A stretch of 64,000 nt of DNA. Source: Methanobacteriota archaeon. Lineage in GTDB: Archaea > Thermoplasmatota > Thermoplasmata > UBA10834. The notes beneath the pieces were generated by a model, which did no database searches, was not told the DNA's origin, and worked only from the letters and a program-made list of their open reading frames with translations. The stretch is from the NCBI GenBank assembly GCA_020347565.1, contig CP070732.1, positions 861,216-925,215 on the forward strand, in the 5' to 3' direction. Numbering within the stretch: the first letter of the stretch is position 1; each line of letters begins with the position of its first letter. The position numbers were made by a program, and so were the translations under genes. Below, piece after piece: positions 8,582-17,088 of this stretch.

Positions 8582-9281
8582 CTACTCCGACGGCACCGCC
8601 TCGCTCGAGGACATCGTCACCGAGGCGCTCAGATGGCGGCTCGAGGCGATAGGTATCGTCGACCACGTGAGAGGCGACGCCGACTGGCTCGCCGACAGGC
8701 AGCGCCAGATCGACGAGCTCAGGGGGGAGCACGGGGACGAATTGGAGATATTCTCGGGCATAGAGGTGAAGGTGAGAGACGAGGAGGGGGCGCTGAACGT
8801 GCTCCCGCAGGCGACTGAGAAGGTGGATTTCGTGATTGCATCGTTCCACGGGGTCCCGAGGAGCGTCGAGGAGCGCATGGAAGGAGGAGACAGGGACGCG
8901 CTCGTCGACTGGTGGCACAGCTGCACACGCATTCTCTTGGACTGCGGGCACGACGCCCACATATTGGGGCACCCGGACAGGATACTGGTCGACCGAGCGC
9001 TCTCCGTCGGGTCGGCGCGGATGAAACGCCTTGTGGAGCAGGCGCTGGCGTCGCGCATGTTCCTCGAATGGAACCCTGCAGCGGCCTATCCCGTACAGCC
9101 TTTCGCGACCGCGCTGGCAGAGCGCGGCGCCCCAAACGTCACCTATGGCAGCGACGCACACTCGACATCGGAACTGACGGACGCGCTCCGCGCGAGGACC
9201 GACTACGAGGCGGGAATAGTCGAGCGCGGGAACCAGGCCTTCCTGTCCATCCTGAGGGAAGATCGCGGCGACCTGTCCTGA
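8559..9281 (+). CDS. PHP-domain (polymerase/histidinol-phosphatase) metal-dependent phosphoesterase
   Basis: The protein begins MDFHIHSDYSDG, the PHP motif 1, and contains further His/Asp motifs (IVDHVRG, SFHGVP, GHPDR). It overlaps the ATP-grasp 3' end by ~23 nt. Alternative starts are at 8538 and 8550. Confidence 0.7.
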   Translation: MDFHIHSDYSDGTASLEDIVTEALRWRLEAIGIVDHVRGDADWLADRQRQIDELRGEHGDELEIFSGIEVKVRDEEGALNVLPQATEKVDFVIASFHGVPRSVEERMEGGDRDALVDWWHSCTRILLDCGHDAHILGHPDRILVDRALSVGSARMKRLVEQALASRMFLEWNPAAAYPVQPFATALAERGAPNVTYGSDAHSTSELTDALRARTDYEAGIVERGNQAFLSILREDRGDLS

Positions 9282-9405
9282 AGAGGGGGCAAGGCACAGA
9301 TTAGGACATCGCCCGCACAGCGGCGGCCAACAGATTGATATGCAGGAAGAAGCCGTCACCGTTCCGTCGTCCGGAGATGTCCATCGAGGACGAATGGTGA
9401 ACGGA

Positions 9406-10974
9406 ATGAAGATCCTCGTCGCCGACGAGATATCCGAGACTGGAGTGCAGACGCTGAAGGCCGAGGGCTACGAAGTCGACGTGAAGACGGGCATGGACGA
9501 GGACGAGCTGTCGACCGTGATCGGCGGCTACGATGTGCTCATAGTCAGAAGCGCGACGAAGGCCACTCGAAAGGTGATAGAGGCATCGACCCTGAAGGTC
9601 ATAGGCCGCGCGGGCATTGGCGTCGACAACATCGACGTGGATGCCGCGACCGAGCGCGGAATACTCGTGATGAACGCGCCGTCCGGGAACGTGGTATCGA
9701 CGGCGGAGCTGACGATCGGGCTGATATTCGCCGTTGCCCGCAGGATAGCCGAGGCGGACGCCTCCCTGAGGAGGGGCGAATGGAAGCGCAAGGAGCTGAA
9801 GGGCGTCCAGGTATCCGGGAAGACCCTCGGCATAATAGGTCTCGGCAGGGTCGGAGCCGAAGTGGCGAAGCGCGCTGCGGCGCTGGGCATGACGGCCATC
9901 GCGTTCGACCCGCTCGTATCGCCCGAGGTCGGCGTGAAGCTGCACGTCAGACTCGTCGGCCTGGACAGGCTGCTCCGGGAATCGGACTTCGTGTCGATAC
10001 ACGCTCCGCTAACGCCTCAGACAAAGGATCTGATAGGCAGGGTCGAGCTCTCGAAGATGAAGAAGAGCGCCGTGCTCATCAACTGCGCCCGTGGCGGAGT
10101 CGTCAATGAGGACTCGCTTCATGACGCCCTATCGGAGAGGACCATCGCGGGCGCTGCCCTCGATGTATACTCGAAGGAGCCGCCCAAGGAGTCGCCTCTT
10201 CTGAAGCTGCCGAACATCGTGCTGACGCCCCACCTCGGCGCCTCGACCAAGGAGGCGCAGGAGGATGTCGGGGCGGAGATAGCCGAGCAGATCATCGCAT
10301 ATGTCGGGAGCAACGAGGTCAGAAACGCAATCAACCTTCCGGCCAAGCTCGACCCGGAGATAGTGCCGTTCATGCCGCTCGCCGAGAAGCTGGGCACGCT
10401 CATAGCCCAGCTTGGCCAGTGCTCCGCAGGCAAGGTCGAGATATCATGCCTTGGGGAGCTGGCCCAGAAGGACACGCGCATCGTGTCCGCTTCGGTCATG
10501 ACAGGCATGCTCAAGCCCATATCGGAGGAGCTCAACGTCAACTACATAAACGCGATCGAGATGGCCAGGGCAAGAGGGATAGAGGTCGTCTCCTCCTCGA
10601 GCGAGGAGGGGGGACGGTACAGGGACCTCATACGCGTCGTGCTGCACACGAACGGCGAGGCGACGTCCGTCGCTGGGACGCTCTTCGCGGACAAGGGCGC
10701 CAGGGTTGTCGAGATAAACGGAAGCGTCGTCGACATCGAGCCTGAGGGCAGCTTCCTGCTGATAGGACACGAGGACAAGCCCGGCATGATCGGCAGCGTG
10801 GGGACGATACTCGGAGACCACGACGTCAACATCGCGAGCATGGAGGTCGCCCGAAAGGTGGTGCGTGGACCTGCCACGATGATAATCGCCATCGATGAGG
10901 AGCTGGACCGCGAGGTACTCGACAAGGTGCGGTCGATCAGAGACCTCAAGAGCGCAACCTACATCAGATTGTAG
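9406..10974 (+). CDS. serA: D-3-phosphoglycerate dehydrogenase (type I, with C-terminal ACT domain)
   Basis: The protein begins MKILVADEISETG. It has the 2-hydroxyacid dehydrogenase NAD-binding motif GIIGLGRVG and the catalytic region ...NCARGGVV...TPHLGAST. An ASB+ACT C-terminus brings it to 523 aa. Confidence 0.85.
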   Translation: MKILVADEISETGVQTLKAEGYEVDVKTGMDEDELSTVIGGYDVLIVRSATKATRKVIEASTLKVIGRAGIGVDNIDVDAATERGILVMNAPSGNVVSTAELTIGLIFAVARRIAEADASLRRGEWKRKELKGVQVSGKTLGIIGLGRVGAEVAKRAAALGMTAIAFDPLVSPEVGVKLHVRLVGLDRLLRESDFVSIHAPLTPQTKDLIGRVELSKMKKSAVLINCARGGVVNEDSLHDALSERTIAGAALDVYSKEPPKESPLLKLPNIVLTPHLGASTKEAQEDVGAEIAEQIIAYVGSNEVRNAINLPAKLDPEIVPFMPLAEKLGTLIAQLGQCSAGKVEISCLGELAQKDTRIVSASVMTGMLKPISEELNVNYINAIEMARARGIEVVSSSSEEGGRYRDLIRVVLHTNGEATSVAGTLFADKGARVVEINGSVVDIEPEGSFLLIGHEDKPGMIGSVGTILGDHDVNIASMEVARKVVRGPATMIIAIDEELDREVLDKVRSIRDLKSATYIRL

Positions 10975-11022
10975 ACAGCTTATACCCCCGCCGGGGACTC
11001 CTTGGCAGGAAGAACCAAGCAC

Positions 11023-11616
11023 ATGACGCCCGAGGGCGGGAACGGCAGTTCCAAGCCTGTACGGATACGCATACGCGAGGCGGGGGAGGACGACCTCGAC
11101 GAGATCGTCGACCTCTGGGAGGAGCTCGTCGAACACCATCAGACTTACTCTGACCACTTCACTCTATCGAGGAACGGACGTGAGATATGGGAGGAGTATC
11201 TCCGCGAGAAGTTCTCTGAGCCGAGCACGAAGCTGATCGTCGCTGAGGAGAACGACGGGCTCGTGGGTTTCATGCTCTGCCTACTCGACCCGGCGCGGCC
11301 GATATTCAAGGAGAAGGCCGTGGGCCTGGTGTCCGACGCGTACGTCGTGAAGAACAGGCGCAAGAAGGGCGTCATGAAGGAGATGCTGATCGTCGCCCTG
11401 AGGTGGTTCGAGAAGAACAGGATCAGGACGGCCGAGGTCAGCATCCTGCCGGCCAACCTCGAGGCGAGAGCGGCCTGGGTGCAGCTCGGTTTCAAGCCCT
11501 TCATGATAAGGAAGAGGATGGACCTACGGAGCCGGCCGGCGAGGACGCTGATAGAGGGCAAAGCAAAGAGCAAGGCCAAGAGGGTAGTCAGAAGGGATAG
11601 GGTGAAAGACGGCTGA
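11023..11616 (+). CDS. GNAT-family N-acetyltransferase
   Basis: The acetyl-CoA binding region reads ...VVKNRRKKGVMKEML.... The GNAT core is followed by a basic C-terminal tail. The ATG at 11023 was preferred to the TTG at 11002. Confidence 0.6.
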   Translation: MTPEGGNGSSKPVRIRIREAGEDDLDEIVDLWEELVEHHQTYSDHFTLSRNGREIWEEYLREKFSEPSTKLIVAEENDGLVGFMLCLLDPARPIFKEKAVGLVSDAYVVKNRRKKGVMKEMLIVALRWFEKNRIRTAEVSILPANLEARAAWVQLGFKPFMIRKRMDLRSRPARTLIEGKAKSKAKRVVRRDRVKDG

Positions 11617-11650
11617 AGGTGTTTGGACGACGCGGCGTCTCGGGGCCCGC

Positions 11651-12802
11651 TCAGGCGAGGGCCTTCTTGATCCTTCCAAGGCCCTTCGCGATGCTCTCCC
11701 TGTCCGTCGCGTAGGATATCCTGAGGTGCTTCTCGCCAGCCTCGCCGAACGCGGCGCCACCGGTGACGGCGACCTCGGCCGTGTCCATCAGGCTCAGGGC
11801 CATCTCCTGGGACTTCATCGGGCCATCATACCCGGGGAAGGCGTAGAATGCTCCCTTGGGCACGTCGCAGTGAAGCTGCGGTATCTCGCCAAGAAGCTTC
11901 ATGACGAGATCCCTGCGCTCCTTGAACTCCTTGACCATCGCCTCGACCGGCTCGTTCGGCCCCTTGAGCGCCGCGAGGCCGCCGTACTGGGCGAAGGTCG
12001 TGACATGCGTGATCGAATGCTGCTGCACCTTGCTGACCGCCTTGAACAACGGCTTGGGAGCTATGAGCCAGCCCATGCGCCAGCCCGTCATCGCGAAGGT
12101 CTTCGAGAAGCCGCTCACGGTCACGGTTCTGTCGAACATCCCGGGCTCGGCGGCGATCGAGTAGTGCTTGTGACCGTCGAAGATTATCTTCTCATACACC
12201 TCGTCGGATAGCACGACCAGGTTGTGGTCCTTGGCCAGGTCGGCGATTCCCCGCACATCCTCTTTGGTCGCAACTGAACCGCAGGGGTTGGACGGAGAGT
12301 TGAGCAGTATCATCTTCGTCTTGGGCGTTATCATCTCGGCGACGGCGCCTGGAAGGACTCGCCATTCGTCGTCCTGCGATGTCTTGACCGGAACCGCCCT
12401 GCCGCCGGCAAGGGCAGTCGCCGGCTCGTACGTGACCCACGACGGGTCCGGTATGATGACTTCCTCGCCAGGGTTGACGGTCGCCAGTATCGCCTCGAAT
12501 ATCGCGTGCTTGCTCGGCGCGACGAGCACGTTGGACGATTCGCAGGGGATGCCGTTGCCCGACTTGGCGGTGTCGGCGATGGCCTCTCTCAGCTCTGGAA
12601 GCCCAGCGGCGTTCAGGTACCTCGTCCTGCCCTCGTCGAGCGCCTTCTTCGCCGCCTCGACGATGTGCTCAGGTGTATCGAAATCGGGCTCTCCAACGGT
12701 GAAGGAGATGATCTTCTTGCCCTCGGCCTTCTTCTGGCCGGCCAGCTCCTTCATCTTCATCGTTCCTGACTCTTTCACCCGTTCTATCCGTTCCGCGATC
12801 AT
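11651..12802 (-). CDS. Class I/II PLP-dependent aminotransferase (aspartate aminotransferase-like)
   Basis: The protein begins MIAERIERVKESGTMKMKELAGQKKAEGKKIISFTVGEPDFDTP. An NP.G motif (LLNSPSNPCGS) and the lysine motif SGFSKTFAMTGWR are present. A 'tttatatt' TATA lies ~35 nt upstream. Confidence 0.8.
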   Translation of the reverse strand: MIAERIERVKESGTMKMKELAGQKKAEGKKIISFTVGEPDFDTPEHIVEAAKKALDEGRTRYLNAAGLPELREAIADTAKSGNGIPCESSNVLVAPSKHAIFEAILATVNPGEEVIIPDPSWVTYEPATALAGGRAVPVKTSQDDEWRVLPGAVAEMITPKTKMILLNSPSNPCGSVATKEDVRGIADLAKDHNLVVLSDEVYEKIIFDGHKHYSIAAEPGMFDRTVTVSGFSKTFAMTGWRMGWLIAPKPLFKAVSKVQQHSITHVTTFAQYGGLAALKGPNEPVEAMVKEFKERRDLVMKLLGEIPQLHCDVPKGAFYAFPGYDGPMKSQEMALSLMDTAEVAVTGGAAFGEAGEKHLRISYATDRESIAKGLGRIKKALA

Positions 12803-12902
12803 ACTTGTCGCCCACTGGGGCAGGCGCGACACCAATATAAAGCATTAGTGCCCAGATTTCGGCAGGGCAACGGCGAGTAGCCGGCTGCACGGAAACCCTA
12901 TT

Positions 12903-13928
12903 ATGTCGATAGTGCCTTCGAACGGTCCGATGCCTCTGAAGACGGGCAAGTTGCCGCCTCGACTGCTTGCCAGGAGCCTGCGTCACCTGGGCGCCAGGGA
13001 CGGGCGCGTGGTCGTTGGTCCTAAGCTGGGAGAGGACGCGTCGGTCGTGCGCCTGGGCGGGCAGCTCATCGTCCTCAAGACAGACCCAGTGACGTACGCC
13101 TCCGACCTGATAGGGTGGTACGCCGTCCACGTCAACGCCAACGACGTCGCAACGAGGGGCGCGACGCCAGCCTGGTTCCAGGCCGTCGTCCTGCTTCCTG
13201 AAGGCAGCGACGAGGCGTTGCCGGAGAAGATATCGAGGCAGATATCCTCTGCGTGCGAGGACATAGGCGTGGCGGTGACCGGCGGACATACGGAGGTCAC
13301 GCCCGGCATACCCAGCCCCATCGTCGTGGGAGACATGCACGGCGTACTCGGCAGACGCAGGCCTGTGCTCACGTCAGGCGCGCGCGTTGGCGACGCGATC
13401 GTGCTGACCAAGGCGGCCGGGATAGAGGGCACGGCGACCCTAGCGCGCACGAAGCGCCAGGAGCTCGTCGGTCCGCTGGGCAAGCGGCTCGTGGACCGAG
13501 CGTCCAAGTTCCTCTTCAACCCAGGGCTGTCAGTCATCCCAGAGGCGAAGGAGGCGCTGTCGTTCAGCGTGAGGGCGATGCACGATCCCACAGAGGGGGG
13601 CGTCCTCATGGGCGTGTACGAACTGGCATCTGCCTCCGGGAGGTCGGTCGAGCTGCGGGCCGATGACGTCCCAGTGCTCGACGAGACGAGGATTATCTGC
13701 GATTTCTACGACATCGACCCCTTAGGACTACTGGGCTCCGGAGCGCTCCTCGCGACGTTCAGGCCGCCGGACGCCGACAGGTATTTGGACGCTCTGGCCG
13801 ACGGAGGCGTCGAAGCGACGGTGATAGGCAGCGTCGTATCTGGAAAGAACAGGAGCTCGATCGTCAGGGACGGAACGGTCAGGCGGCTTTCTTCTTGCGA
13901 GCGGGACGAGCTGCTGAAGACCTCTTAG
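12903..13928 (+). CDS. AIR-synthase-related (PurM-like superfamily; HypE/ThiL-like) protein
   Basis: The N-terminal domain motif ...GEDASVV...ANDVATRGATP... and the C-terminal domain are arranged as in PurM-fold ATPases. The 3' end overlaps convergent nep1 by 49 nt. Confidence 0.6.
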   Translation: MSIVPSNGPMPLKTGKLPPRLLARSLRHLGARDGRVVVGPKLGEDASVVRLGGQLIVLKTDPVTYASDLIGWYAVHVNANDVATRGATPAWFQAVVLLPEGSDEALPEKISRQISSACEDIGVAVTGGHTEVTPGIPSPIVVGDMHGVLGRRRPVLTSGARVGDAIVLTKAAGIEGTATLARTKRQELVGPLGKRLVDRASKFLFNPGLSVIPEAKEALSFSVRAMHDPTEGGVLMGVYELASASGRSVELRADDVPVLDETRIICDFYDIDPLGLLGSGALLATFRPPDADRYLDALADGGVEATVIGSVVSGKNRSSIVRDGTVRRLSSCERDELLKTS

Positions 13929-14649
13929 ACGCCTTCTTCTCGGCCTTCTTCGTCCCCGCTCCAGCGGCTCCGGACGATTCGACCACTTCGAGCGCGCGGA
14001 GCGCCTTCGAGGCGACCGTCCACGCCTTCATCACGCGCTTCCCGACCGACACGCGTCTCGGATTCAGCTTCTTCATGTCCGAACTGAACGTGCCCTTCGA
14101 GAATCCGCCGAATATGAGCACGATCCTTTCGCCTCCGCAGGACGACACGACGTCCTCGAGCGGCGCATCCTCCCCCTCGGGGCCCAGGACGATCACTTCG
14201 TCCGCCTTGAGGGCGTTCACGAGCATCTCGAGCGGCACGTTCTGGCGGAGCTCGAGGAGGGCGTTTTCCCTCGACGGCACCACGTGTTGCTCGAATAGCT
14301 GCTCTATCAGCCCGACGAACCTGATGTAGTTCGGCGGAAGCCTCGTCTCCGGGTTGACTGCTATCACATCGTCGTTGCGTGTGTGAACGAATACCTTGAG
14401 CTTGCGTGCGGCGTTGACGTCGCTGTCCAGGCACAGCAGCAGCGATAGGTGCACTATGTCCGGCCGTCCCCTGCGCTCCCCGTCGGGCAGCTTGCCGAAC
14501 GCCGGATGATGGTGCGATGCGTCGAGGAGCATCTTCTTCGGGTCCTTGCTCCGCGCGCGGGCGCTATTCAACACGCAACGCTCCGTCACTATCTCCTCGG
14601 GTATGAGCTCGAGTTCGCCGTCGGCCAATATGATGATGTACTCCCTCAC
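13879..14649 (-). CDS. nep1: Ribosomal RNA small-subunit pseudouridine N1-methyltransferase Nep1 (EMG1, SPOUT) with Lys-rich C-terminal extension
   Basis: The protein contains ...MRGRPDIVHLSLL...KVFVHTRNDDVIAVNPETRLPPNYIRFVGL...KAWTV, matching archaeal Nep1 (MJ Nep1: GRPDIIHISLL...INPETRLPRNYFRFLGV). The GTG start at 14649 has an upstream GAGGT. Its GTGA overlaps the purP stop. A 33-aa K/A-rich tail follows the Nep1 core. Confidence 0.8.
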   Translation of the reverse strand: MREYIIILADGELELIPEEIVTERCVLNSARARSKDPKKMLLDASHHHPAFGKLPDGERRGRPDIVHLSLLLCLDSDVNAARKLKVFVHTRNDDVIAVNPETRLPPNYIRFVGLIEQLFEQHVVPSRENALLELRQNVPLEMLVNALKADEVIVLGPEGEDAPLEDVVSSCGGERIVLIFGGFSKGTFSSDMKKLNPRRVSVGKRVMKAWTVASKALRALEVVESSGAAGAGTKKAEKKASKRSSAARPARKKKAA

Positions 14650-15716
14650 GTCAAGACCTCTTTCAGACGGTTGTTGTTCCCGGCGCGGCGTATCTCCTGG
14701 GCGATTCGCCGACCAGTCGACAGCCCAGGTTCTATCAGGTCCGAATAGGGCGACCCGGATATGAACGGGTTCGTCCCGGCGACTATGCGGGACGATATCT
14801 CGAAGACCTTTATCCTCATGTCGTCCGTGACGATGCACTCCAAGCAGAAGGGGCCGAGCATGCCGTCGAACAGGTCTATCGACTTCTCGACGACCTTCTC
14901 GCCCAGCTCGAGCAGCTTGGGCAGGAGCGACTCCCTGAGGACGACCGGCACGTTGCCAGTCACGACGAAGGTCGGGAAGAAGCCGAGCTTCTTCAGCTCC
15001 TCCTGCGCACCCAGCTTGTACATCTCGTCGATGTTCGACTCGTCCCTCCTGTCAACGCTGAGCATCTCGAGGACGCCCTTCCTGAGCCGGTAGCCGTCCT
15101 CGCGAATGGGTGAGTAGAAGTAGTGCACGTAGTACCTCGTGCCGAGGATGTACTCCTGAATCGAGAACTTCTGAGCGTGGTCGATGCCCAGCTTGAAGTC
15201 CGGGTAGTCCTTCGCGATGAAGAACCCGCGGCCTCCCTTTGCGCCGTCGTACTTGACCAGGACAGGACGATCGATCATCTTGGGGTCGTCGATCCTGCAT
15301 GGCATCTCGACGCCGGCGGAGGTCAGCCACTCCCTCTCCTTCTCGCGGTTGCTCTCCCATTCGAGCACGCGCCTGTTGCCGAACGTGGGCACCTCGAGCA
15401 TCTCGAAGCTCCTGGGCGTCATGTACTCGACGAACGACCCGTGCGGGATTATGACGACGTTCCTCTCGACCAGCTCGGAGGCCCTATCGAGCAGGTCGGT
15501 GTATGAGGCGACCTCGAAGAACTCATCCGGCTTGCCTCGCGGGAAAGCCTCGTAGAACTTGATGTTCTGACCGATGTTGATGCCGAGGGTCTTGAAGCCC
15601 TCCTTGCGCGCACCGTCAAAGATCTGCAGAGAAGTGTGGGAACAGGCCGTGGCGATGACGACCTCTTCGGGGTCGTAGCCATCGATTATCGAACCGATCT
15701 TCTCCTTCGGAACCAT
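14646..15716 (-). CDS. purP: 5-formaminoimidazole-4-carboxamide-1-beta-D-ribofuranosyl 5'-monophosphate synthetase (archaeal FAICAR synthetase, ATP-grasp)
   Basis: The protein begins MVPKEKIGSIIDGYDPEEVVIATACSHTSLQIFDGARKEGFKT, matching the conserved PurP N-terminus (...IATLGSHTSLHILKGAK.EGF...). Length is 356 aa. Confidence 0.88.
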   Translation of the reverse strand: MVPKEKIGSIIDGYDPEEVVIATACSHTSLQIFDGARKEGFKTLGINIGQNIKFYEAFPRGKPDEFFEVASYTDLLDRASELVERNVVIIPHGSFVEYMTPRSFEMLEVPTFGNRRVLEWESNREKEREWLTSAGVEMPCRIDDPKMIDRPVLVKYDGAKGGRGFFIAKDYPDFKLGIDHAQKFSIQEYILGTRYYVHYFYSPIREDGYRLRKGVLEMLSVDRRDESNIDEMYKLGAQEELKKLGFFPTFVVTGNVPVVLRESLLPKLLELGEKVVEKSIDLFDGMLGPFCLECIVTDDMRIKVFEISSRIVAGTNPFISGSPYSDLIEPGLSTGRRIAQEIRRAGNNNRLKEVLT

Positions 15717-15736
15717 TAACCGATGAATTCGACACC

Positions 15737-15751
15737 CTGATATAAAAGTTG
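15737..15751 (-). promoter_or_regulatory. TATA box (minus-strand sense cttttatatcag) for purP-nep1 operon
   Basis: The AT-rich box lies ~25 nt upstream of the purP ATG (15716). This is consistent with a leaderless archaeal transcript. Confidence 0.45.
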
Positions 15752-15969
15752 TCACGGACCATATAAGTGCATTGACATCGAGGTCAGTGTGCCAGAATGC
15801 TCAATTCTGAGCTGCCTGACGGCGAACTGGCGTACATTGCCTCACGGACACGGCCAATCTTTTTATAACATATTCCCATAAGATTACGCACTGCTCAGAC
15901 GCTTCACGGACGGACTGTTACACCCTGTCCGTAGCCGCTGCGCACTAACTCGTTGAGGGGGGTCGTCGG

Positions 15970-17088
15970 TTGCCCAAGAGGAAATCATCTGCAGAGGGGA
16001 AGCCCACCTTCGCCGTATTGGGGGCGGGACACGGAGGTCTCGCCATGGCGGGGCACCTCGCGCTCATGGGCTTTCCCACGCACCTGTGGAACCGGTCGAA
16101 GGAGAAGATCGACCACGTGGAGGACCGAGGCGGCATCGACGTCATGGGTGTGGTCGAGGGCTTCGGCAGGCTCGAGCTGGCCACGGCGGACATGAAGGAG
16201 GCGCTGAGCGGGGCGGACATCGTAATGATCGTCGTCCCGGCTTCCGGTCACAAGGACGTAGCCGAGAAGTGCGCGAGGCATCTCAAGCAGGGGCAGCACG
16301 TGGTGCTCAACCCGGGAAGGACTTTCGGCGCCCTGGAGTTCCTCCAGACGCTTCGGAACAAGGGTGTCAGGGGACCGTCCACCGTCTCCGAGGCGCAGAC
16401 CTTCATATACGTTTCGAGGCACACGGACTTCGCCAGCTCTCACATCATGCAGATCAAGAACTCGGTCGCGATGGCCACGATACCTGCGCACAGGACGCCG
16501 AAGGTGCTGAAGGTTGTTACCAGGGCGTTCCCCCAGTTCGTGCCTGCGAGCAACGTGCTGGAGACGAGCCTGGACAACGTCGGCGCGGTCTTCCATCCGA
16601 CCCTCACGCTGCTGAACGCCACGAGGATCGAGTCGACGCATGGCGACTTCGAATACTATCTGGAGGGCGTAACACCGTCGACCGCGAGGATCCTCGAGGC
16701 CGCTGACGCCGAGAGGGTGGCCCTTGGAACGGCGCTCGGCGTGAGGCTGCACACCGCCCGGGAGTGGCTCTACCTGTCCTACGACTCGCCCGGCAGAACG
16801 CTCTACGAGGCCATACAGGCCACACCCGGATACAAGGGCGTGCGGGCCCCGGCTACCCTGACGCACAGGTACATCCTCGAGGACGTCCCGATGAGCATAG
16901 TGCCGATGGTCTCCGTCGGCCGTCAGCTCGGTGTCGAGACGCCGACGCTCGCATCCCTCGTGAACCTGGCCTCGCTGATACACGACAACGATTTCTGGAA
17001 GTCCGGCCGTACGGCTGAGCGGGTGGGGCTGGCCGGAAGGTCGGTGAAGGACATCAGGCTCCTCGCCGTGGAGGGGGCGCGCTCATGA
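15970..17088 (+). CDS. Opine (octopine/nopaline) dehydrogenase-family NAD(P)-dependent oxidoreductase
   Basis: A TTG start is followed by an N-terminal KPTFAVLGAGHGGLAMAGHLALMGFPTHLWNRS Rossmann motif. The ~370-aa length and the C-terminal helical domain are typical of the opine-DH family (the same family as CntM/ODH). A strong GAGGGGGG Shine-Dalgarno lies 10 nt upstream. Confidence 0.65.
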   Translation: MPKRKSSAEGKPTFAVLGAGHGGLAMAGHLALMGFPTHLWNRSKEKIDHVEDRGGIDVMGVVEGFGRLELATADMKEALSGADIVMIVVPASGHKDVAEKCARHLKQGQHVVLNPGRTFGALEFLQTLRNKGVRGPSTVSEAQTFIYVSRHTDFASSHIMQIKNSVAMATIPAHRTPKVLKVVTRAFPQFVPASNVLETSLDNVGAVFHPTLTLLNATRIESTHGDFEYYLEGVTPSTARILEAADAERVALGTALGVRLHTAREWLYLSYDSPGRTLYEAIQATPGYKGVRAPATLTHRYILEDVPMSIVPMVSVGRQLGVETPTLASLVNLASLIHDNDFWKSGRTAERVGLAGRSVKDIRLLAVEGARS

